This document shows positions 1-8,386 of a stretch of 32,455 nt of DNA, piece by piece (within the stretch, counting starts at the first letter, position 1; every line of letters starts with the position of its first letter). A model generated the notes under the pieces. That model saw nothing but the letters and a program-made list of their open reading frames with translations. It did no database searches and had not been told where the DNA came from. The DNA is taken from positions 1-32,455 of the IMG/VR virus record IMGVR_UViG_3300030085_001831, one strand, 5' to 3'. Source of the stretch: a virus (taxonomy: Duplodnaviria; Caudoviricetes). A program made the translations under genes and the position numbers.

Positions 1-84
1 GCCCAGAGACTGCACAAACAAGGTAACAACATCACTGCTTATTGTTTGCCGAAATTGGTAGATGACAAGGTAAGGGTGTACTGA
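1..84 (+). CDS. Hypothetical protein, 3' end only (AQRLHKQGNNITAYCLPKLVDDKVRVY*)
   Basis: Frame 1 is open from the window start to TGA at 82-84, which overlaps the next ATG (TGATG). Confidence 0.7.
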   Translation, partial: AQRLHKQGNNITAYCLPKLVDDKVRVY

Positions 85-515
85 TGCTTGCGGAACTTGC
101 AGCAGCCAACGCAGCTTTTGCAGTTATCAAGCAAGCTGTATCCAATGGAAAAGAAATTGCTGCCGCAGGTAATGCTATTGCTGAGTTCGTTGGGGCGAAA
201 GAAAAACTACAGCAAAAAGCGCAAAGAAAAGGTGGCGGTTCTGATCTGGAGGAGTTTATGGCTCTGGAGAAAATCAAAGAGCAAGAAGAACAACTCAAGC
301 AGATTATGATTTATGCTGGCAGGCCGGGGCTATGGCATGATTGGCAGAAGTTTCAGGCCAAAGCTAGGATTGCCAGACGAGAAGCAGAGCAGGAACGCAA
401 GAAGAGGCGCAAACATCACTTTGAGGTAGCGGCAATTACGTTCATGTTGATTGTTGTGGCCTGTGTCTTGGCTGCTATTGTTCTTCTGATCTTACACCAT
501 CAAGGGAGATTGTGA
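84..515 (+). CDS. Hypothetical phage protein with coiled coil and C-terminal transmembrane helix
   Basis: 143 aa; coupled start; hydrophobic C-terminus VAAITFMLIVVACVLAAIVLLIL. Confidence 0.85.
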   Translation: MLAELAAANAAFAVIKQAVSNGKEIAAAGNAIAEFVGAKEKLQQKAQRKGGGSDLEEFMALEKIKEQEEQLKQIMIYAGRPGLWHDWQKFQAKARIARREAEQERKKRRKHHFEVAAITFMLIVVACVLAAIVLLILHHQGRL

Positions 516-718
516 TGGAAGTGACTATGGAACGATTCTTGGCTTGGAAGATACTGCCAAGGCTTATGATGTTTATCATGACGTTCATGTATATCAGGGT
601 AATCGAATGGGGAATGAGCCTAGAAGATTTGTCTACGCAGCAAAGCGCAATGATCAGTGTGGTCAGCGGCGCTATGACTGGCGCTTTTGCAGTGTGGCTT
701 GGGAGTGAGAAGAAATGA
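512..718 (+). CDS. Small two-TM membrane protein, holin/antiholin-like
   Basis: 68 aa; two hydrophobic segments; charged tail SEKK; GTGA/ATGA overlaps at both ends. Confidence 0.7.
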   Translation: MMEVTMERFLAWKILPRLMMFIMTFMYIRVIEWGMSLEDLSTQQSAMISVVSGAMTGAFAVWLGSEKK

Positions 719-1098
719 TCCAAGCACTGATCCCTGCCATTACCGAGCTTGCTGGAGGCTGGCTGAAAGGCAAAGCTGAGCAGAAAGCAGCAGAGGCCAA
801 AGCCAAGGTAGCCAAGGCTGAAGCAGAGGCAGAAGTGATGAAAGTGGCTGCTACCCATGAGGCTGGGTGGGAGAAGATAATGGCACAGGGGACTGTGCAT
901 AGCCTCAAGGATGAATGGCTGGTGCTGCTATTCTCCATACCGCTGATACTTGCGTTCTGCGGTGAGTGGGGCAGAGGCATAGTTGCAGATGGCTTTGCGG
1001 CCCTTAGCACAATGCCGGAGTGGTATCAGTATAGTTTAGGGGTCATTGTAGCCAGTAGTTTTGCCGTAAGGTCAGCTACAAAATTTTTCAAGAAATAA
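715..1098 (+). CDS. Putative holin (3TM/GTA-holin-like)
   Basis: Amphipathic N-terminus, Ala/Lys/Glu coil, SLKDEWLVLLFSIPLILAF...MPEWYQYSLGVIVASSFAVRS and a basic tail, a pattern typical of this family. Confidence 0.65.
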   Translation: MIQALIPAITELAGGWLKGKAEQKAAEAKAKVAKAEAEAEVMKVAATHEAGWEKIMAQGTVHSLKDEWLVLLFSIPLILAFCGEWGRGIVADGFAALSTMPEWYQYSLGVIVASSFAVRSATKFFKK

Positions 1099-1330
1099 GG
1101 CTATAATTGAACAGCTGTGAAATCGTTTGAGTCTCAACTCTACGAACGGTCCCGACAGGTTCACCTACATTCACATTATCCGCAAAAGCGTCATCTGGTA
1201 GTGAGTCTGATACTGCTTGCCATGCTGCTTTTTGTGAGTCGACGTATTCTCGGTCTTTTTTGAGGCCTTCTACAGAGTTGTAGTGGTACTCACGATTGTA
1301 GCAATAACGACGCTCTTTCAGACTTGGCAT
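1088..1330 (-). CDS. Hypothetical protein
   Basis: 80 aa; ATG coupled to the upstream TAA; last gene of the leftward arm. Confidence 0.7.
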   Translation of the reverse strand: MPSLKERRYCYNREYHYNSVEGLKKDREYVDSQKAAWQAVSDSLPDDAFADNVNVGEPVGTVRRVETQTISQLFNYSLIS

Positions 1331-1560
1331 TATGGATTCTCCGGTTTTTCTTGCCCATTATCAGGCATCCAATGGGTTACGTCACCAGTCAGGAAGCCAT
1401 AGTCACAAGAAAACATATGCATGCCTTTCCATTCTTTGCCGTCTTCATCTACATAAAATCCGTCAAAGGTTCCGCGATGGGTTCCGACTATATGAAAGTG
1501 ATACCAAACTTTTTGGCCTATTTCCGGCAAACAATCATCAACAGAAATCCAATGACTCAT
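1330..1560 (-). CDS. DUF551-like protein
   Basis: Signature ends WISVDDCLPE and VTHWMP; AGGAGG RBS. Confidence 0.85.
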   Translation of the reverse strand: MSHWISVDDCLPEIGQKVWYHFHIVGTHRGTFDGFYVDEDGKEWKGMHMFSCDYGFLTGDVTHWMPDNGQEKPENP

Positions 1561-1647
1561 TGGAGCCTCCTTTTTGCTTGATGCATTTGAGAGTGTTTGT
1601 TACCGTTCTTGCATGACTGCCCGACCGGCGGTTGTATGGGAAGGGAA

Positions 1648-1677
1648 GGGGGCAGACCGCACGGATCTGTCCCTTTC
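1648..1677. terminator. GC-rich hairpin, possible terminator
   Basis: ggggcagacc-gcacg-gatctgtccc followed by tttct on +; intergenic. Confidence 0.4.
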
Positions 1678-1875
1678 TTATGTCTTGATTACTTCCAAGG
1701 CCTCATACTTTATCTCAGACCTGTTGCCTGACTGGTAGCACTGGAAGCATGAGAATGTTCCTGCGGCGTCAATGATGAAGGCGCTGTATGCAACCTCCAC
1801 CATCGATCCACAGTGCTGACAGCGACTAAGCCGCCTCTGCCGCTTTGATTCTTGTTTTCTCTTTCTTGAAGGCAT
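1678..1875 (-). CDS. Small zinc-ribbon protein (MPSRKRK...CQHC...CFQC)
   Basis: Two CxxC pairs; start at ATG 1875 is my choice and overlaps the Sak 3' end. Confidence 0.6.
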   Translation of the reverse strand: MPSRKRKQESKRQRRLSRCQHCGSMVEVAYSAFIIDAAGTFSCFQCYQSGNRSEIKYEALEVIKT

Positions 1876-2428
1876 TGGTGACAGCAGACTTGCGTTGCTT
1901 GTTGAAGGTTCCGATTGCTTGTGCATTAACCTTCCAGAGAGTATCGATGTCGTCAACGGTTTTGGCATTAGCAAAGTCCTGAATGATCTTGGCCTTCAGC
2001 TCATCCTGCTCACCAGCGTCATCTTCATTCTCAGACAATGGCAGATCCTCACCGGCATAGACATTGATGCCGAGGCCGTGGAATGCGATTGCCTTCACCA
2101 GACAACGCTGCAGAGCCTTGTTGACCTGACCGCCATCGGGGTGAACAACTGATTGGTTCTTGTGATCCATGACATAGTGGATCTCGGTGTGAGCAATCTC
2201 ATCGATGGTGACAGTGACCATGACATAAGTATGGCCCTTTGTGTCACGCATGAACGGCAACGGATTGTTCTGGTTGTCACGGAAGATATGCTTCTCGAAA
2301 GTGGCATGCGGATACTGCTGCTTGACGTAGGCCCATGCCCAAGTCCAAGACAGATAGTCAAACTTGCCTTTCTTCTTGACCTCTTCGGACACATCAAAAG
2401 ACGACAGGTTCTGCCATACACTAGGCAT
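1826..2428 (-). CDS. sak: Sak/Rad52-like single-strand annealing protein (DUF1071-like)
   Basis: KKGKFDYLSWTWAW and VNKALQRCLVKAIAFHGLGINVYAGEDLP motifs; start coupled by TAATG with GGAGG RBS. Confidence 0.9.
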   Translation of the reverse strand: MPSVWQNLSSFDVSEEVKKKGKFDYLSWTWAWAYVKQQYPHATFEKHIFRDNQNNPLPFMRDTKGHTYVMVTVTIDEIAHTEIHYVMDHKNQSVVHPDGGQVNKALQRCLVKAIAFHGLGINVYAGEDLPLSENEDDAGEQDELKAKIIQDFANAKTVDDIDTLWKVNAQAIGTFNKQRKSAVTNAFKKEKTRIKAAEAA

Positions 2429-2640
2429 TAGATAACCCTCCATACACGGTATTCGTTTGAACTATGGCGACGAGTAGCGATCTTCATGCCACGGCGAGAA
2501 GCGGCATTCCTGATTGTCGCAATCTTACCAGCAGCGACCACAAAGCTATCGCCTACTTCCAGCTTATCCATCCAGTCCCACTTACCAGTTCTAGTGGTGG
2601 GTATAGGAAAGCCCTTCTCGATTTTAGGGTGATTAGCCAT
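2428..2640 (-). CDS. Small putative DNA-binding protein (IEKGFPIP...LEVGDSF type)
   Basis: 70 aa; basic; AAGGAGG RBS; motif common in small phage proteins. Confidence 0.75.
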   Translation of the reverse strand: MANHPKIEKGFPIPTTRTGKWDWMDKLEVGDSFVVAAGKIATIRNAASRRGMKIATRRHSSNEYRVWRVI

Positions 2641-3499
2641 CGTTATCCTCCTTTGGCTCAATGAGGCGACACGAGATAGTGCCGCTGCGTGATCGGGTCA
2701 CAGAGATCTTGTAACCCTTCATGTTGCCTGAACACGGATAGTCCATGCGTCTGCATCCTTCAGGCATCTTGGCTTTGATGAGTTGTTTGGCTGCGTCAGA
2801 CACAAGCTCGGATGACTTGGCAACAGAGATGTCGGCTGCATACATGTTGAGTTCAGCCTCACTGTTTTCTGTAAAGTCATCCATGTCACGCATGTCCTTG
2901 ATGACATACATGTCAGAGTGATCTGCTGGCGGCATTGCCATAGGCGCAGCCTCAACACCATTCTTGTACATGTTCCAGAAGTTGACACAGTTGTCGATAT
3001 ACATGCTGGCCCAGGACTGATCGAGAGTAAGCATACGCCACTCCATGCGGCAGCGAACACCGAACAGCGCTACGAGATAGCACCTGTCAGTACCGCTAAC
3101 GAGCATGTGATGCTGGCACTGAGGAGCATAGAAGTCAGCAAGCTCGTCCATGTCCTTGAATCCGAAGTGCGCCTTGATCTCCAGAGGAGCGTTGTCGCCA
3201 ACAACACGCCCATCAAAGGTAGAATGCAGAGGCACACCGTTACGGATAATAGTCTTGCCACCTCCACGGAAGTTGACCTGTCGCTTTTCAGCCTCGGCCC
3301 ACTTGTCGATGATGTATGGCTCCAAGTATGTTCCGGTATCCATAAGGAGCTGCGTCTGCTTTGAGAACTTAGCACGTTCTTCTCCCGCTTTCTGGCGCAT
3401 CAGAGTCATCCACTCTGCAATGTCGCCGCCAGCAATAATCTTGGCATCGGATGAGCCAATGTAAGTTGCACGTTCTTTCAGTTGAGCGTCAGTCAGCAT
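2633..3499 (-). CDS. YqaJ/lambda-exonuclease family protein
   Basis: IGSSDA, GTYLEP, STFDG, LEIK and YAPQCQHHM motifs; AGGAGG RBS before ATG 3499. Confidence 0.92.
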   Translation of the reverse strand: MLTDAQLKERATYIGSSDAKIIAGGDIAEWMTLMRQKAGEERAKFSKQTQLLMDTGTYLEPYIIDKWAEAEKRQVNFRGGGKTIIRNGVPLHSTFDGRVVGDNAPLEIKAHFGFKDMDELADFYAPQCQHHMLVSGTDRCYLVALFGVRCRMEWRMLTLDQSWASMYIDNCVNFWNMYKNGVEAAPMAMPPADHSDMYVIKDMRDMDDFTENSEAELNMYAADISVAKSSELVSDAAKQLIKAKMPEGCRRMDYPCSGNMKGYKISVTRSRSGTISCRLIEPKEDNDG

Positions 3500-3659
3500 C
3501 GTGTTCCTCCTGATATTCACGCCAGTTATCAACAAGCACTAGTTCCAGCCCATGCTCACATCCAATCTCTGTGGCTTGTGCATCAGCCTCTTCTCTTGTT
3601 GGTGCGTAAACCTCGAAGTAGTGATAGGTGTCGTACACCCATAGCTTATCCTTTCTCAT
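3489..3659 (-). CDS. Hypothetical 56-aa acidic protein (MRKDKLWVYDTYHYFEV...), not in the ORF track
   Basis: Translated by hand; ATGA overlap with the upstream stop; fills the gap exactly. Confidence 0.7.
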   Translation of the reverse strand: MRKDKLWVYDTYHYFEVYAPTREEADAQATEIGCEHGLELVLVDNWREYQEEHDAD

Positions 3660-4189
3660 ACCGGACACCTCGAATCCATCTCATCCATCTTTTCATTGTG
3701 GCATTCACACTCGCCAGCTTTGACGGTTGCGTAGTCACAATCATGTTCGCAGTCCACACGATCACCTGACGAGTTCTTGCCGCCAGATGCGTATGGATTG
3801 TCGAAGTCATCAAAGAAAAATGGACGATAGTCTTCTGGGTTTGTGCGGCTGTAGAAGTAAAGCTCTGCCTTACCGACAGGCTTGATTGATTCTTTCAGAA
3901 CTTCAAGCGGTGTCTTGAAGTCTACAGTCTCTCCCTCTTCGTCTGTGCCACAGAAGAGAGCATTGTTTGCAAGAGGATGGGGATAGTTCTTGTGAATCCA
4001 GAACCAGTTGGGCTGATACAGGCCCTCGTCATCGATGTAAGCACAGTCTCCATTCTCGTAGAGGCGAACAACATCGAACGTACGGCAACCAATGGCAGGA
4101 GAGATATCCTCCCATGTGTTGAACTTGAATTCATTGAACAGAAGATTGATGCCGTCATCAGCGGCGGTAAGCAGGAAGGCCTTCATCAC
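3656..4189 (-). CDS. DUF3846-like protein
   Basis: ISPAIGC..FDVVRL...AYIDDEGL pattern; AAGGAG RBS; Cys/His-rich C-terminal tail. Confidence 0.8.
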   Translation of the reverse strand: MMKAFLLTAADDGINLLFNEFKFNTWEDISPAIGCRTFDVVRLYENGDCAYIDDEGLYQPNWFWIHKNYPHPLANNALFCGTDEEGETVDFKTPLEVLKESIKPVGKAELYFYSRTNPEDYRPFFFDDFDNPYASGGKNSSGDRVDCEHDCDYATVKAGECECHNEKMDEMDSRCPV

Positions 4190-4251
4190 GGTACTCCTTG
4201 AATGTCAATACACACTACCATATAGTTGGCTTGTTATCGAGGGCTAATGCT

Positions 4252-4482
4252 ATGTGCGAACAGCAGTTTACCTCTGATTTAATCAAGCAATTTCAACGCC
4301 GTAGATACGATCTTGGCATAACTCAGGTCGCTCTGGATTCCATGCTCGGAGTTTCCCCTGGTGTCGTAGCCAAGTGGGAAATCGGAAACAGGAAGCCAAC
4401 ATTGTTCAATGCGTACTGCTGGGCTGAAGCCCTTGGTTGCAACATAAAATTAGAGGTGCGAGATGATGATCTGCGGGATTGA
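4252..4482 (+). CDS. XRE/Cro-family helix-turn-helix regulator
   Basis: RRRYDLGITQVALDSMLGVSPGVVAKWEIGNRKPTL; ATG 4252 follows GAGGG. Confidence 0.9.
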   Translation: MCEQQFTSDLIKQFQRRRYDLGITQVALDSMLGVSPGVVAKWEIGNRKPTLFNAYCWAEALGCNIKLEVRDDDLRD

Positions 4483-5014
4483 CCCCGGTGTTACCGGAGG
4501 CATTGCGTTTTACAATGGGCTGGAGTTGTACGCCCATCGTGTTCCCACATCCAAACTAGCCAACAAGAAAATTTTGGATATGGAAGGTATTTGCAAACTG
4601 CTGGTGCAATACGAACCTGACATGGTTTTTATTGAACAGCAGCAAGCCATGCCGAGGCAGGGTGTAGCCAGCACCTTCAAGACTGGCTTTGGCTACGGAG
4701 TTTACATCGGCATATTGCACGCACTTGGCTATAGCTACACAGTCGTCATCCCACGGAAATGGAAGTCAGATCTGGGCGTGCCTAGCGATAAGGATATGGC
4801 CCGGCAACGAGCAACTGATCTCATGCCAATGGGAGAGAGCAGCTGGTCTCGCAAATGCGAAGACGGTGTTGCCGAGGCATCGTTGATTGCCTATTGGGGC
4901 TTGTACTGCGGCCAGTCACCCAGCGGATCGAAGACAGGATTCTTGTCCAAGAACTTTACCAAAGCCTCAATGCGAGCTTTCTTTGGTCCTGATGACACCT
5001 TGCCGAAGCAGTAA
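4463..5014 (+). CDS. RuvC-like Holliday junction resolvase
   Basis: GIDPG, VFIEQQ, STFKTGFGYG, PRKWK and DGVAEASLIA RNase H-fold motifs. Confidence 0.88.
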   Translation: MMICGIDPGVTGGIAFYNGLELYAHRVPTSKLANKKILDMEGICKLLVQYEPDMVFIEQQQAMPRQGVASTFKTGFGYGVYIGILHALGYSYTVVIPRKWKSDLGVPSDKDMARQRATDLMPMGESSWSRKCEDGVAEASLIAYWGLYCGQSPSGSKTGFLSKNFTKASMRAFFGPDDTLPKQ

Positions 5015-6516
5015 TCCTCAAGCATCTCGATCTGATTGATCTTGTACTTGTTCAGCCATTTGGCGTCTGGTTTGAACCATCCACGTTCACCTGACGCCCT
5101 GCTGAGAGAAGCAAAGTCTGGGATGATTTCCTTGATCGTGTCAGAGTAGAAGTCATACTTGCCCAGACCCGTGAGGCAACACGCAACAAATAACTTATCA
5201 AGCTCCAAATCTGGGAGATCAACGCAGTACTTGAGCGGTGTAGTGCCGTCAGCATCGAAAGCGTCTCTAGCAGCGTCAATGTGAGACTGTATACACGCCT
5301 CATGAAGCGGATGTACATAATCATCTGGGTACTCCTCACTGGGGAACAGCGTCTGGTGATCTGCATAGACATGACCGACGCGGTTGGTGTGGTTGTAAGT
5401 ATATCCGAGGGATCGATGACAAAGCAGAGCCTTCATGATCTTGACGTAGCCAAGCTCATTCTCGAAGATGCTGTCTTTCATGAAGTGTGCGTAGTAACCA
5501 GCAAGCAACGCTTCTTGAGGCTTTGACATTGTAAGAGGCGTTACTTCACCCTCTTCCTCTGCCTCGACCTCCTGTGCTTCCTGCTGCTCCTTGGTCTCAC
5601 GCATCACAAGTTCTTGGATGGTGACAGCAAAACGAGAGCTATTGTACTGGATGCACAGTATTTTGTCGGCAATGCCATATGTCTCATGATTTTCATCATA
5701 GACAGCGGTGAAGCCACGGCACTCAGGGTCATCCCAATAGAATGAGTCACGCAGTAGGATGGCGTCTGCGTATCCTTTTGCACGATACTCTTCAACCATG
5801 TTGAGCAATGCACCCTGCTGAAGAGCCTCAAACTCCTCAACATTGGTGATATATTCCTCATCACTGAAGAGATCTGACTCTATGTTCAGCTTGTCACGAT
5901 TCTTGTCTACATCAAACAAAGCGTGCTTGACCTCAATCTTCTTCAGAGTCATGAAATGTTTGATTGAGGCGATGTGGTAGTTGACGTTCTCTTCCAGATA
6001 CTTGTCCTGCGCTGCATGATCGCCAAGCGTCAGAGCCTCTGCCACGCCGATGTTGAAGTCATAAGCACGGAACATCTGCTTGGCTTTGTCAGACAGCTCA
6101 GCGAGGCCCACACGCTGTTTAACCCACTTGTCAGTTTGACCAAAGCGAGCAGCGACTGACACAAAGTCTTCACTGCCGTCTGCAACAAGCGCCATGATGA
6201 CATCACACTCGTCAAGCGGGTGCATGTTCTCACGCATCATGTTGGCATGGAGGCCAACCTCACGATCATCAGAGTCAAGAACCACACAGTTTACGAGCGT
6301 GTCTTTGTCCTTGTGTATCTGGCGCAATGCTTCGAGGCGACGGCCGCCATCGATGACGTTGTAGCCCTTGCCGTTCTTGACGACGACAAGATTATGAAGC
6401 AGGCCCTTGGCCCTGATTGAGGCGACAAGCTGCCAGTGACCTTCTTTACTGGCTTTTACTTGCCTCACATTGTAGGGACTCTGCTTGAGTTCCTTCAGCG
6501 GTATCTGCTGTTGCAT
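4891..6516 (-). CDS. Long ParB/Spo0J N-terminal-domain protein (plasmid type)
   Basis: SPYNVR, SIRAKGLLHNL, IDGGRRLEAL, ANMMRENMHPLDE, HTH VAARFGQTDKWVKQRVGLAELS; about 350-aa C-terminal extension. Confidence 0.9.
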   Translation of the reverse strand: MQQQIPLKELKQSPYNVRQVKASKEGHWQLVASIRAKGLLHNLVVVKNGKGYNVIDGGRRLEALRQIHKDKDTLVNCVVLDSDDREVGLHANMMRENMHPLDECDVIMALVADGSEDFVSVAARFGQTDKWVKQRVGLAELSDKAKQMFRAYDFNIGVAEALTLGDHAAQDKYLEENVNYHIASIKHFMTLKKIEVKHALFDVDKNRDKLNIESDLFSDEEYITNVEEFEALQQGALLNMVEEYRAKGYADAILLRDSFYWDDPECRGFTAVYDENHETYGIADKILCIQYNSSRFAVTIQELVMRETKEQQEAQEVEAEEEGEVTPLTMSKPQEALLAGYYAHFMKDSIFENELGYVKIMKALLCHRSLGYTYNHTNRVGHVYADHQTLFPSEEYPDDYVHPLHEACIQSHIDAARDAFDADGTTPLKYCVDLPDLELDKLFVACCLTGLGKYDFYSDTIKEIIPDFASLSRASGERGWFKPDAKWLNKYKINQIEMLEDYCFGKVSSGPKKARIEALVKFLDKNPVFDPLGDWPQYKPQ

Positions 6517-6754
6517 CGGTTTTTTCCTCCGTTTGCATGATTACAAAATAGTTCTTCCACTCTCCTGCCTTTGGCTTGAAGCGGCACATGGGGAATGAGT
6601 AGCGCTCTTCCTTGGGTTTGAAAGTGATTACTTGGTGAACGATAGTTTCGTAACCCAGCTTGGGGCAGTAGTCCCAGAACTGAAGCGAGACCATATCGTT
6701 CTCCACCTTCCATGTGATTCGGTGGCAGTCGATTGAGATTGATGAGCTGTGCAA
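6446..6754 (-). CDS. Hypothetical protein
   Basis: TTG start with GGAGG RBS; overlaps the ParB 5' end. Confidence 0.6.
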   Translation of the reverse strand: MHSSSISIDCHRITWKVENDMVSLQFWDYCPKLGYETIVHQVITFKPKEERYSFPMCRFKPKAGEWKNYFVIMQTEEKTDATADTAEGTQAESLQCEASKSQ

Positions 6755-6755
6755 C

Positions 6756-6974
6756 TCAGTCCTCCATGATTTTGTCTGTCAAATACTTGCTGGCGAAGGC
6801 GACACCAATCCATAACGGTGCGCCCAGAACGCTCACCAGCAGGGTCGGATTGATCCCCATACCGACGAGTAAGGTCAGGACAAGAAACGACAAGGCTAGG
6901 TGAACAGTGACGAACCAGCCAATCCAGCGGGTCTTGTCGTTCAGGAAATTGAGTCGTCGTAGTGTATTGAGCAT
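6756..6974 (-). CDS. Small two-TM membrane protein
   Basis: 72 aa; two hydrophobic helices; GGAGG RBS. Confidence 0.8.
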   Translation of the reverse strand: MLNTLRRLNFLNDKTRWIGWFVTVHLALSFLVLTLLVGMGINPTLLVSVLGAPLWIGVAFASKYLTDKIMED

Positions 6975-7150
6975 GCGTTGTTCCTCCCGATGTAGAATTC
7001 TTTCTGGTCATCATCCATCTCCGATTCCAGCAAAAGGTCAGAGCCTCCGCATGTCGTGCAGAAGCCGCCGTTGTGATTATCGTAGTGTTTGAGATCTTCA
7101 TAAGATAAGTGCCATGTCTCACAGTCACGGCAGATGTAAACATCATTCAT
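6941..7150 (-). CDS. Small zinc-finger protein (CRDC...CTTC)
   Basis: ATG 7150 overlaps the upstream TGA (ATGA); two CxxC pairs. Confidence 0.75.
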   Translation of the reverse strand: MNDVYICRDCETWHLSYEDLKHYDNHNGGFCTTCGGSDLLLESEMDDDQKEFYIGRNNACSIHYDDSIS

Positions 7151-7344
7151 GGTTCCAGTATCCCTTCTCGAATCATGTCTGAGATCCTGTCCTCTACCCA
7201 AGGTTCCTTGAGGCGTTGGTACAGGCCGGTGTCGTGGATGTACTGCCAAGCGTCAACAAACTCCTGATCGGATCGAGGCGTCTCTATGCCTTTGGCAATC
7301 ATAACCGCCACATTGGGGGTCATATCACTTGTGAATGGTTTCAT
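7147..7344 (-). CDS. Hypothetical phage protein (AWQYIHDTGL motif)
   Basis: 65 aa; GAGGAG RBS. Confidence 0.8.
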   Translation of the reverse strand: MKPFTSDMTPNVAVMIAKGIETPRSDQEFVDAWQYIHDTGLYQRLKEPWVEDRISDMIREGILEP

Positions 7345-7494
7345 TGGCTTCTCCTCTGAGGCGGATCACTATGCTTACCTATCCACAGGGTAGCCATGGC
7401 CCCTGCTTCAAACCAACCTTACGTCTCGCTGAGTGGCTTTCCCACCGATGCGGTCGGCATCCACCCCTCAGCACAGCAATCACTCCGCACTTTC

Positions 7495-7534
7495 AAAAAG
7501 GGTGAGAGAGGCGGGGAGGAAATCCGCCCCTCTC
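7495..7534 (-). terminator. Probable intrinsic terminator after ssb
   Basis: Minus strand gagaggggcgg...ccgcctctc stem followed by tcaccc-TTTTT. Confidence 0.55.
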
Positions 7535-7543
7535 CATTTCAGA

Positions 7544-7960
7544 TTAGAATGGGATGTCGGTGTCGTCCACCTTCCCGCCAGCCGGGGCGTTACCACCCTC
7601 TGACTGGCTCCCACGGGAACCGAGGCGGAACGTCGAGCCAGCACCAGCCAGCTTGACCTTGAAGGAACGCTGAGTCTGGCCGTCCTTCTCGTACTCCTCG
7701 ATGATGGGTTGACCCTGAACGAACACGGTGCTGCCCTTCTTGAGGTACGGCTCGATGACGTTGGTGACGAGGCCTTTGCCATTGCCACCATCCCACGCTT
7801 CGCAGCGATACCAGTGGGTCTTTTCGACCTTCTCACCGGCCTTGTTGGTGTAGTTCTCGTTGACTGCGACAGAGAAGTTGGCAACCTTTGTGCCGTTCAC
7901 GTCACGGATCTCTGGGTCTGCACCAATGTTACCGGATACAGTGATCTGAGCGAAATTCAT
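7544..7960 (-). CDS. ssb: Single-stranded DNA-binding protein
   Basis: OB-fold motifs GNIGADPE, VANFSVAVN, THWYRCEAW, LKKGSTVFVQG; Gly-rich linker; acidic tail DDTDIPF. Confidence 0.97.
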   Translation of the reverse strand: MNFAQITVSGNIGADPEIRDVNGTKVANFSVAVNENYTNKAGEKVEKTHWYRCEAWDGGNGKGLVTNVIEPYLKKGSTVFVQGQPIIEEYEKDGQTQRSFKVKLAGAGSTFRLGSRGSQSEGGNAPAGGKVDDTDIPF

Positions 7961-7995
7961 GTCTGATTCTCCTTACGTTGGACATGATTGAAATG

Positions 7996-8093
7996 AGGCA
8001 GTTTACACGAGTCATGCCCAGGACTCCCAACAGGCGAGGGACTGTTGACTCCCACAGACAGTGAGTTGCAGGGAACATTGTTTCCCACTGCCT
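7996..8093 (-). promoter_or_regulatory. Structured ssb 5' leader (multi-hairpin or H-type pseudoknot)
   Basis: AGGCAGT/ACTGCCT outer stem closes four hairpins; GAGTC-ctgggcat-GACTC-gtgtaaac-TGCCT can pseudoknot. Confidence 0.55.
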
Positions 8094-8101
8094 GATCCAA
8101 A

Positions 8102-8386
8102 TCATCTTGGCTTAACTTCTTGCCACCGGAAGCGGAGCCCAGAACGGACAGGCCTCTTGTAACCTACTGCTTTCTTTGACAAAAGTAATGTCAGAGAAAT
8201 TAGGCACCCCCCTATCACTGCTGCCATCATGCCAGCAAAAGTGCCAGCAAACATGACGACAAGCAGCAATGTTGAGATGATGTCGATAGGAACGTCAAGC
8301 CAAAGAACTTTTTTGAAGTCAAACTTGGCTAGAAGAAACAGAATAGCGAGACCGGCAAACACACCGGCAATAACAAAGAACAACAT
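8102..8386 (-). CDS. Hypothetical membrane protein
   Basis: 94 aa; about three hydrophobic helices; basic tail; GAGGAG RBS. Confidence 0.85.
   Translation of the reverse strand: MLFFVIAGVFAGLAILFLLAKFDFKKVLWLDVPIDIISTLLLVVMFAGTFAGMMAAVIGGCLISLTLLLSKKAVGYKRPVRSGLRFRWQEVKPR

Noticed and set aside
7996-8093. tRNA-like cloverleaf with a 7-bp closing stem
   Set aside because: No T-loop TTCRA, no canonical D-loop or anticodon geometry, no CCA; kept as a regulatory leader instead
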